Source of the DNA: an uncultured cyanobacterium
Lineage (GTDB): Bacteria > Cyanobacteriota > Cyanobacteriia > Cyanobacteriales > Cyanobacteriaceae
DNA length: 64,000 nucleotides
Assembly (NCBI GenBank): GCA_963710605.1
Contig: CAVQBA010000006.1
Location: 576,001-640,000, forward strand
Direction of reading: 5' to 3'
Part shown: piece by piece, positions 22,793 through 31,400 of the stretch
How positions within the stretch are numbered: the first letter of the stretch is position 1
Layout: every line of letters starts with the position of its first letter
Made by a program: the position numbers and the translations under genes
Notes under the pieces: generated by a model
Seen by the model: only the letters and a program-made list of their open reading frames with translations
Databases searched by the model: none
Told to the model about the DNA's origin: nothing

Positions 22793-23101
22793 ATGCACTT
22801 AATTTCTGCTGGTAAACTTAAACAAATAGCATCGAAATACCCTGATGTAACGAAAAATATTCAGGCTTTTTGTAAAACTATCAAAAAAGCTCAGTGGAAG
22901 AATTTACTCGATACACAAAAAATATATCGAGATGCCGAAGCAGTGGAAAATTTTACTGTGTTTAATATAAAAGGTAATAAATACCGTTTAATTATCGATA
23001 TTGATTATGAAGAACAAATCGCATATTTTAAATATTTTTTAACTCATTCAGAATACGATCGGGAGAAATGGAAAAATGACCCTTATTTTAAATCAAAGTA
23101 A
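22793..23101 (+). CDS. higB: HigB-family toxin
   Basis: TVFNIKGNKYRLI..IDY...YFLTHSEYDR..W. Confidence 0.88.
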   Translation: MHLISAGKLKQIASKYPDVTKNIQAFCKTIKKAQWKNLLDTQKIYRDAEAVENFTVFNIKGNKYRLIIDIDYEEQIAYFKYFLTHSEYDREKWKNDPYFKSK

Positions 23102-23495
23102 TTATTTTAAGCTATTAGAAGAAACACAAATCATTCCTAAAATAATTGAAAATGAAGAAGAATATGAAAAATATTTGAGAGTAGCAGAAAAATTAATTGC
23201 TAAAAAAAATAATAGAACTTTAGAAGAGACTATTTTGTTAAGATTAGTCGTTAAACTAATTGAGGATTACGAAGAGAGTATCTATTCTATTTCAGATTGG
23301 TGTAATCTTTCAGCCCACGATATTTTAGAACATTTAATAGAATCTAGTGGAATTAAGGAACAAGATTTAGTAGGTATTATCGGCTCACAAAAAACAGTTG
23401 ACGAATTTATTAATAACCGAAAAAAACTCAGCCAAATTGAAGCACAAGCATTAGGAAACTATTTTCAAGTTTGTCCTAGCTTATTTCAAGATTAA
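23076..23495 (+). CDS. higA: HigA-family HTH antitoxin
   Basis: PKIIENEEEYE, LVVKLIEDYEE, C-terminal HTH; overlaps higB. Confidence 0.85.
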   Translation: MTLILNQSNYFKLLEETQIIPKIIENEEEYEKYLRVAEKLIAKKNNRTLEETILLRLVVKLIEDYEESIYSISDWCNLSAHDILEHLIESSGIKEQDLVGIIGSQKTVDEFINNRKKLSQIEAQALGNYFQVCPSLFQD

Positions 23496-23670
23496 GAGCA
23501 ATTATTTTCAACTAAAGTATAATCATTGATTTTCTACGATCGTTAAGATAATTATCGACAATATTTTACTTTGTATTGAAAGTCAATTAACATTTTTTCT
23601 TCCAACTCCTCTGCTCAGAATCTTGGTATCATACAAAAAGTAATAAAAAATTATCAAGTAAAACTCTTTC

Positions 23671-24471
23671 ATGAAAAGAAAGAAAACAAGACACGTTTTA
23701 GGCTTGAGTGGCGGAAAAGACAGTACAGCTTTAGCAATTTTATTACACAAAGAAATTCCTGAGATGGAATATTTTTTTTGTGATACCCATAAAGAATTGC
23801 AAGAAACTTATGACTATCTCGATCGTATTAAAGCTCGTTTGGGTATTAAAATTCATTATCTGTCTCCAGAAAGAGGATTCGATCATTGGTTAGCAATACA
23901 TGATGGTTTGTTACCTTCTTCTCAAATGCGATGGTGTACTGTCAAAATGAAAATTAAACCATTTGAAAAATTTGTGGGTGATGACAAGGCTATTAGTTAT
24001 ATCGGTATTCGTGCCGATGAAAATCGTGAGGGTTATATTTCGACTAAACCAAATATTAAGCCTGTATTCCCTTTTAAAGAAAGAGGTTTAGTTAAAGCAG
24101 ATATTCTACGACTATTAGAAGATAGTGGTATTGGTTTACCTGATTATTATCGTTGGCGAAGTCGCTCAGGTTGTTTTTTCTGTTTCTTTCAACGTAAGTA
24201 TGAATGGGTGATGTTAGCACAAGAGCATCCTGATTTGTTTGCTCAAGCCGTTGAATATGAGTCTAATCATAGAGATGGTAGAACTTATACTTGGACAGAA
24301 GGAGAGACATTATTGGAGCTTTTAGAGCGGAAAGATGAAATCATAACACATCATGAAAAAGCAATGTCTCGTAATCAAAAAGTATTACCGAATCGTCCTT
24401 TATCTGAATCATTGGAAGATGTTTTAAGTGAAGAAGATTCAGATTTACCTTGTTTAGTTTGCAATATATAG
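23671..24471 (+). CDS. sspD: PAPS reductase-family protein, SspD-like
   Basis: PP-loop SGGKDS, RWCT, GIRADE, RSGCFFCFFQ, C-terminal CxxC. Confidence 0.85.
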   Translation: MKRKKTRHVLGLSGGKDSTALAILLHKEIPEMEYFFCDTHKELQETYDYLDRIKARLGIKIHYLSPERGFDHWLAIHDGLLPSSQMRWCTVKMKIKPFEKFVGDDKAISYIGIRADENREGYISTKPNIKPVFPFKERGLVKADILRLLEDSGIGLPDYYRWRSRSGCFFCFFQRKYEWVMLAQEHPDLFAQAVEYESNHRDGRTYTWTEGETLLELLERKDEIITHHEKAMSRNQKVLPNRPLSESLEDVLSEEDSDLPCLVCNI

Positions 24472-24503
24472 AAGTTTAATAATTCAACAAAAACTACAAA
24501 GAT

Positions 24504-26813
24504 ATGGTAGATATTTCAACTGCTTTTAATACATCTAGCGAAAAAGTTTCAGATTTTTTTAGAAGACCAGGAATCAGCTTTTATATTCCTTTGTATCAAA
24601 GAGAGTACAGCTGGGATAAAGAAAATATAGATCAATTGATAGAAGATATTTGTTCTGGTGTAGAATCTGTTTTAGATAATGACGGAACGATTCATTTTTT
24701 AGGTGCAATTATACTTGTTACAGAAAAAAATGCCAAAGTAAATATTAATCCAAGAGATAATCGTGCGTTACCTCCAAGAATCGATAATGTTATTGATGGA
24801 CAACAACGTATTTCAACAATTGCTTTACTTTCTTGTTTACTTTATCAAAAACTTTACGAAAACAGACAAAAATTAATTAAAGATGATAGATATAGTGGTT
24901 TTATTGAAGCTATTGACGAATATCTAAGAACTATTATCGAAGTTTTTTCTGTTGATTTGAATCGTGGTACACCAACGAGAAAACCAATTATCATAAGAGC
25001 CTCAATCGATGGTTGGACTTTTGATGGTGATGATAGTAACTATCAATCGGATATTTCTTCATTTATTGCTAGTTTTATAAGAGCTATTGAAGAAAAATTA
25101 AAATTTCCTAAGCCTCCAAATAATTCTTTGGTCGGAACAAATTTAAAAAAAATTAATTCTTTACTCAAAGAAGTTGAAAAAGCCTACGAAATAGAGCGAG
25201 ATAGTTTTCCACCTGCTTGGAAAATTTTGGAAAGCATATCTCAAGATGACTTGTGGAATTATGAAAGACCAGAATTAAAATCATTAATTAAAGAATGTCA
25301 ACACAAAATTGAATCTAAACAAAATATTTCCAATAAAGATAAAATAGCCTGTTCGCTAGTTCAAATTTTTGCGTTTTGTCATTATCTTTTAGAACGTTGT
25401 TGTTTAACGTTAATTGAACCTTCTTCCGAAGAGTGGGCATTTGATATGTTTCAGTCACTTAATGCAACAGGAACTCCTCTCACAGCATTAGAAACATTTA
25501 GACCATTGATTGTTAATTTTGTAGATTCCACTGGTGATAGTCAAAAGTTTAAAGGTTCAAAATCCAAAGAATATTTTTCTAACGTAGAAAAACTTTTTAG
25601 TCCTTTACTTAGTGCATCCAAGAAAAACAAATTGACAAATGATTACCTAACTTTATTTGGTACAACTTATGATGGGGGGAAAAAACCATCCAAACAATTT
25701 ACAGCACAGAGAAAATGGTTAATAGATAAATATAAAAACTGTAATACTTATGAAGAAAAAGAAGAATTTATAAGAAGAATGAGCGACTTAACTTTATATT
25801 GGGAAAATGTTATTAACTTTACCCCCCAAACATCTAATTGTATAAAAGGTACAGAATATATAGATGAACAAAATAAAAAAATAGCCGCTTTGTGTGTACT
25901 TTATCTTCAGGATGCAAATCATAAAATGGCTCATACGATATTAAGTCGATTCTATAGCTTAATACTAAGATGCTCATCCGAACATGAAGATAAGAATTTA
26001 GCTCAAAAATTTGTATCTGCCACAAAAAAAGTTACAGCCTTTTTTACTCTCTGGCGTTCTGCATTGCCAAATACAGGTTTAGATGAAATGTACAGAAGGT
26101 TACTACGTGAAAGTATGTCGTGGGAAAAAGGAAATTCTCAATTGAATGAAGAAGAACTGAAAAAATACTTCCAAAAGGTACTCGAAGAGAAAGGAATAGG
26201 AACAAAAGATGAGTGGAAAAACAAGGCAATTAACTATTTGAGGTACGACAATGCTAAAGCGATATGTAAATTTACACTATTAGTTACGGCACAGGACACT
26301 ATATGCGATCCTGATGAGCTTGGCTTGATTAAAAAAGGTATTGACGGTTCTTCTCCATTGTATTTAGAATCCAACAAATGGACTTCACAAGATCTTAATA
26401 GCATTGAACATATAGCTCCAAGAGAAAAAAAAGATGGAAAAGACTGGGATAATGCTCTCTATACTGCTAAAGAAGATTACCATCAAATTGGAAATTTAAC
26501 TTTGTTACCTACCGAAATTAATAGTTCTGCAAGTAATAAGGGATGGATTGAAAAACTTATTTATTATCAACACTTGGCAGAAAATGATCCAGATAAATTA
26601 TCTGCATTAAAGCAAAAAGCAGTTGAAAATGGAATTGAGTTAAGGGATTCTACAATCAATCTACTCACTAACGCATCATATCAACACCATATTAAACCTA
26701 TAGTTAAATTAGGAGAGCAAGGAAAATGGGATAAAATATTTGTAGAAAAAAGAACAGAAAGAATTTGCGACATTTTGTGGGAAAAAATGTATCAATGGTT
26801 CAATCAAAAATAG
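24504..26813 (+). CDS. sspE: DUF262 NTPase + DUF1524 HNH nickase, SspE-like effector
   Basis: 769 aa; IPLYQREYSW, VIDGQQR, FQSLNATG.PL, SIEHIAP, IGNLTLLP..INSS. Confidence 0.85.
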   Translation: MVDISTAFNTSSEKVSDFFRRPGISFYIPLYQREYSWDKENIDQLIEDICSGVESVLDNDGTIHFLGAIILVTEKNAKVNINPRDNRALPPRIDNVIDGQQRISTIALLSCLLYQKLYENRQKLIKDDRYSGFIEAIDEYLRTIIEVFSVDLNRGTPTRKPIIIRASIDGWTFDGDDSNYQSDISSFIASFIRAIEEKLKFPKPPNNSLVGTNLKKINSLLKEVEKAYEIERDSFPPAWKILESISQDDLWNYERPELKSLIKECQHKIESKQNISNKDKIACSLVQIFAFCHYLLERCCLTLIEPSSEEWAFDMFQSLNATGTPLTALETFRPLIVNFVDSTGDSQKFKGSKSKEYFSNVEKLFSPLLSASKKNKLTNDYLTLFGTTYDGGKKPSKQFTAQRKWLIDKYKNCNTYEEKEEFIRRMSDLTLYWENVINFTPQTSNCIKGTEYIDEQNKKIAALCVLYLQDANHKMAHTILSRFYSLILRCSSEHEDKNLAQKFVSATKKVTAFFTLWRSALPNTGLDEMYRRLLRESMSWEKGNSQLNEEELKKYFQKVLEEKGIGTKDEWKNKAINYLRYDNAKAICKFTLLVTAQDTICDPDELGLIKKGIDGSSPLYLESNKWTSQDLNSIEHIAPREKKDGKDWDNALYTAKEDYHQIGNLTLLPTEINSSASNKGWIEKLIYYQHLAENDPDKLSALKQKAVENGIELRDSTINLLTNASYQHHIKPIVKLGEQGKWDKIFVEKRTERICDILWEKMYQWFNQK

Positions 26814-26830
26814 TGAGCAACACAAAAACT

Positions 26831-27217
26831 ATGGATGTAATTACTTATACTCAAGCGAGAAAAAACTTTACTAATGTAATGAATCGAGTGTGTGAAGATC
26901 GTGTACCAATTATTATTACTCGTCAATCTCAAAAGCCAGTAGTCATGATGTCCTTAGAAGATTATAATGCGATCACGCAGTGCCAGCCTGAGCTGATCGA
27001 AGAAACATTATATTTATTACGTAGCCCTAAGAATGCCCAACGTCTTTACAAAGCCTTAGATGAATTAAAACAAGGAAAATATGAACAATATGAATTAATT
27101 GAATCTCAATCTAGTCAGCCTATTTCAGGACGTTTACGAGGACAATTCACTGTTAGTGATGATTTTTATCAGCCTGATGAGGAGTTAATCAAATTGTTTG
27201 AAGGAAAAGAAAGTTAA
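26831..27217 (+). CDS. Phd/YefM-family antitoxin with an 8-aa insert and a VapB-like C-terminal tail (chimera)
   Basis: MDVITYTQARKNF...PIIITRQ...VVMMSLEDYNAI[TQCQPELI]EETLYLLRSPKNAQRL; tail GRLRGQFTVSDDFYQP. Confidence 0.75.
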   Translation: MDVITYTQARKNFTNVMNRVCEDRVPIIITRQSQKPVVMMSLEDYNAITQCQPELIEETLYLLRSPKNAQRLYKALDELKQGKYEQYELIESQSSQPISGRLRGQFTVSDDFYQPDEELIKLFEGKES

Positions 27218-27219
27218 AA

Positions 27220-27357
27220 TTGTTTCATGCACTTCAAGCATCAAACCTAACTTTACATCATAAAGATCCTTTCGATCGTATGTTAATCGCACAAAGTCAA
27301 TTAGAAACAATGACTATCTTAACTAACGATAATGCTTTTAACTCTTATCAAGTATAA
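27220..27357 (+). pseudogene. C-terminal remnant of a PIN/VapC toxin
   Basis: Manual translation ...LTLHHKDPFDRMLIAQSQLETMTILTNDNAFNSYQV*; N-terminal two thirds missing. Confidence 0.8.
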
Positions 27358-27362
27358 ATATT

Positions 27363-28511
27363 ATGGTAGCGAATACACATCCTATTTATCTGGACTATCA
27401 TTCAACAACCCCCGTCGATCGTCGTGTAGCCGAAAAAGTATATGATTGTATGGTGAATCATTTCGGTAATGCTAGTAGTATCGACCATATTTTTGGCGAT
27501 AAAGCAAGACTTGCAGTCAAAAAAGCAGAGCAACAAATTGCCGATCTAATTCACTGTCATTCCTCAGAAATTATCTTCACCTCTGGGGCAACAGAAAGCA
27601 TTAACTTAGTAATTCAAGGATTATTACCCGATCGTATTATCGTCTCACCCGTCGAACATAAAGCTGTTATCGATACCTGTCAGATGTTAGAAAAAAAGGG
27701 TTTAAGTGAAATAGTCTGGTTAAAAGTAGATGAAAAAGCCAGAATCGACTTGAATCATTTAGAAGAGGTGTGCTGTGAAGGTGCAGATTTGTTATGTCTC
27801 ATGGCGGCTAATAACGAAGTAGGTAATATTTATCCGCTAGAAAAAATTGGTCAAATAGCTCAAAAATATCAAATTCCTTGGTTATGCGATGCTTCTCAAG
27901 CCGTCGGTAAAATACCGATCGATTTTCACGATTTAGGAATAACTTTTTTAACCTTTTCAGGACACAAACTATATGCACCCCTAGGAATCGGTACTTTAAT
28001 CCTCAATAAAAAAGTAGCTTTAAATTCTTTAATCTATGGTGGAGGTCATCAAAGAGGTTTACGATCGGGAACTCTTAATTTACCGAGTATTGTTGGTTTA
28101 GGAGAGGCTTGTTATTTACGTCAATTAGAAATGGAAGAAGATGAAAAAACGATCGCTTTATTGCGAGATCGATTACGATCGTTATTGCAAGCTCAAATTC
28201 CTAATTTAGTTGTTAACGGTGATTTAGATCATAAATTAGCAGGAAATTTACATATCTCTATCCCTAACATTCCTAATACTGCGGTTATTGCTCGAATTAG
28301 AGATAAATTAGCTATTTCTACAGGTTCGGCTTGTTCGTCACAGACGTTTTCTCCAAGTCATGTTTTAAGAGCAATGAATTTAGAAGATGAGTTAATCGAA
28401 AGTGCTTTAAGAATTGGAATTGGTAAATTTACAACTCAACCAGAAATTATCCAAACAGCAAATATTTTAGTTAATACATTTAGTGATATCTTGAAATTGA
28501 TTGAAGATTAA
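27363..28511 (+). CDS. sspA: Cysteine desulfurase (IscS/DndA-like), SspA role
   Basis: IYLDYHSTTP, FTSGATES, SGHK (PLP lysine), RSGTLN, STGSACSS. Confidence 0.85.
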   Translation: MVANTHPIYLDYHSTTPVDRRVAEKVYDCMVNHFGNASSIDHIFGDKARLAVKKAEQQIADLIHCHSSEIIFTSGATESINLVIQGLLPDRIIVSPVEHKAVIDTCQMLEKKGLSEIVWLKVDEKARIDLNHLEEVCCEGADLLCLMAANNEVGNIYPLEKIGQIAQKYQIPWLCDASQAVGKIPIDFHDLGITFLTFSGHKLYAPLGIGTLILNKKVALNSLIYGGGHQRGLRSGTLNLPSIVGLGEACYLRQLEMEEDEKTIALLRDRLRSLLQAQIPNLVVNGDLDHKLAGNLHISIPNIPNTAVIARIRDKLAISTGSACSSQTFSPSHVLRAMNLEDELIESALRIGIGKFTTQPEIIQTANILVNTFSDILKLIED

Positions 28512-28523
28512 ATTTTGATGGTG

Positions 28524-28541
28524 GGCAGTGCATCGCCCTAC
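28524..28541 (-). repeat. 18-bp repeat, right arm of the inverted pair
   Basis: ggcagtgcatcgccctac is the reverse complement of 22625-22642. Confidence 0.85.
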
Positions 28542-28545
28542 TATG

Positions 28546-28684
28546 ATAGTTAATTACAATCAGAATGAGACAATTTGGAGATTTTGTCTTTGAGTTTAAT
28601 TTATTAAACGGTATCTATTAGCGTAATGGAGATTTATTGCAAAGCGAGTTTTATACTGTCTCAAACTTAATTTAAACAACTATT
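28546..28684 (-). repeat. Dispersed MITE-like repeat family B
   Basis: 45-bp core 28598-28642 is a near-identical reverse complement of 36644-36688; ATAGTT...AACTAT ends. Confidence 0.6.
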
Positions 28685-31308
28685 AATTATTAATTACCAA
28701 CAAATCTTTTCCTAACTGAAATATTTCTTCAATCGCTAACATCTGTCCATCTGTGGTCATCATTTTATGATCGCTTGTTGCCCGTATTGTTTTACCGTCT
28801 TCTAACTCGTATTCAAAAACTTCTTGTTGACCTCGATCGTGCCATTGAGCTACTTTTTGAGTATAAACAAAACCATGACGATCGACACTATAAACTTCAC
28901 AATCTAATTTTTCGGTAACTATTTTACCGATCGCAATTGCTCCATATTCCACCGTCAACACTTGCGTATCGTAACTCAGACAATATTCTGCAAACTTAAT
29001 CATCTGCTCGAACAAATCTTCTGCTGTAAGTTGAGGCACACCATTTTTCATCGAACCATCAATAAAAATTTCTTGGTGTTTTTGCATCTCTGAGATTTTT
29101 TTCTTACCCATTGCTCGTCTGAGTAAATCGGCTTCTCCTAAAGAATAACCAGCCAAATCCTGAGCCATTTTCATAATTTGCTCTTGATAAACCAAAACGC
29201 CATAAGTCTCGTTTAAGATCGGTTTGAGTAGCTCATGTTGATACTCTATTTCTTCTCTACCGTGTTTACGATCGATAAAAATAGGAATTAAACCAGCATC
29301 TAATGCGACCAGGGCGATATAAAGCTAAAATAGAAGATATATCCTCAATTCCTGAAGGTTTCAAATCTTTAACAATCTGTTTCATCCCGTCAGATTCTAA
29401 CTGAAAAATACCTTCTAAATTACCGCTTTCAAGCAACTTGTGAGTTTCAGCCACATCAGGGGGTAACTTTTTACTCGTGCCTTTAGCCAAAATTTCTAAT
29501 GCTCTTCTTTCTCCTAAGGGTAATCGATCGACATCGATCGTAATATTCTGATTCATCTGAATTAAATCGGCTGTTTTTTGGATTGTGGTTAAATTTCTCA
29601 AACCTAAAAAGTCCATTTTTAGCAAACCTAAAGAATCAAGATCTTCCATATAATATTGCGTAATGATAGAACCATCATTATTTTTTTGTAAAGGTACAAT
29701 TTCGTCTAAAGGTTGACTAGAAATTACCACCCCTGCGGCGTGAACACCAAAAGTTTTATTCATTCCTTCAATCCGCATCGCCATATCTAACCATCGCTTG
29801 ACATGAGGCTCATTGTCGTATCTTTCTTTAAATTCAGGCGAGGGGCTATCATCAGAAATCATTACCTTGAGTTTGGCGGGTTTACCACGGGCTACAGGAA
29901 TCATTTTCGCCATCATATCCGACTCAGAATAAGGCACACCGATAACTCTGGCTACATCTTTAAGTACGGCTTTAGAAGTCATACGGTTAAAGGTGATAAT
30001 TTGAGCAACTTTTTCTTTGCCATATGTGTCGGTGACATATTGGATCATTTGATCTCTTTTGTCGATACAAAAATCAGTATCAACGTCAGGCATTGATTTA
30101 CGTTCGGGGTTCAAAAATCTCTCGAAGAGTAAACCATGATAAACTGGATCGATATTAGTAATTCCTAAAGCATAAGCTACTAATGAACCTGCGGCTGAAC
30201 CTCTACCGGGCCCTACTGGTATATTATTATCACGAGCATATTTAATATAATCCCAGACAACTAAAAAATAAGTACAAAAACCCATTTGTTCAATCATCTT
30301 CAATTCGTATTCTAATCGTTCTCGGTATTCGGAGGTGATTTCGTTTTTTTGTTGACAATTAAATCGATCGAGTAAACCTAACCACGTCACTTCCTCTACA
30401 TAACTTTCAGCAGTATGCCCTGCGGGTATATCAAAATCAGGTATTCTTGGTTCACCTAAAACATTGTAAGGTTTAATTTTATCGGCAACTTCTAAGGTAT
30501 TTGCTAAGGCTTGTTCGATCGTTTCTGGTTCTAAATGATCTTGAAATAACGATCGCATCTCTTCTGCTGATTTGAGATATTCTGTCCCTGAGTATCTTAA
30601 TCTTTTGATTTCGGAGATGTCTTTTTTGGTTTGAATACAAATCAAAGCATCATGGGCTTCTACGTCGTTACAAGATATAAAATGAGAATCGTTAGTCGCA
30701 ATTATTTTGATTCCTAGTTTTTGACTGATATTGACTATTTCGAGGTTGACAATTCGGTCTTCTTGTGAGCCATGATCTTGTATTTCTAAATAAAAATCAT
30801 CACCAAATAATTTTTTATACCATTTAGCGGTGTCTCTGGCTTCTTTAAAATCTCCTTTAAGTATGTACTGCGGAATTTCTCCACCCAAACAACCACTAGT
30901 AACGATTAAACCTTCGTGATATTCGGTTAGTAATTCTTTGTTGATGCAAGGACGAGAAAAGATACCTGCACCTTGTACACCTTCTAATTGAGAGATGGTA
31001 GTGAGTTTGACTAAATTTTGATAACCTTTTTTGTCTTTAGCTAAAACAACTTGATGGTATTTACGAATTTTTTTGTGTTTAACGCCAATGTCTCCATTAA
31101 TGACATACATCTCGTTACCGATGATCGGTTTGATACCTTTATTCATACAGTTTTTGATCAGTTGAATCGCCCCATACATGACTCCGTGGTCAGTAATGGC
31201 GATCGCTGGCATTTCTAGTTCGATCGCTCTATTGACTAGATCAGGAATTTGAGATGCTCCATCTAGAAGGCTGTAATCGGTATGAACGTGTAAACCTACA
31301 AAAGACAT
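28683..31308 (-). CDS. dnaE: DNA polymerase III alpha, N-terminal half (DnaE-N) with split intein; apparent +1 frameshift at ~29306
   Basis: PHP domain [61 protein letters not shown] across frames; ends KFAEY-CLSY. Confidence 0.95.
28686..28982 (-). other. DnaE N-intein (99 aa) of the trans-splicing split intein
   Basis: [14 protein letters not shown]...[28 protein letters not shown]. Confidence 0.95.
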
Positions 31309-31400
31309 TCGTACTTTTTGATAATAATAATGTACTCTTATTTTATCAAATCGATCGAGAAAAAACTCAATAATTAATAATTGTTGTTAATTGTTAATTG

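Noticed and set aside
18129-28511. BREX type 4 or Dnd system
   Set aside because: No pglZ, brxL or dndB/D/E; DUF4007 + ATPase + PAPS reductase + DUF262/HNH + desulfurase fits Ssp
28683-31308. dnaE pseudogene or three-part dnaE
   Set aside because: Essential gene; removing one base at ~29306 restores the conserved RPGPLDAG, so a sequencing error is most likely
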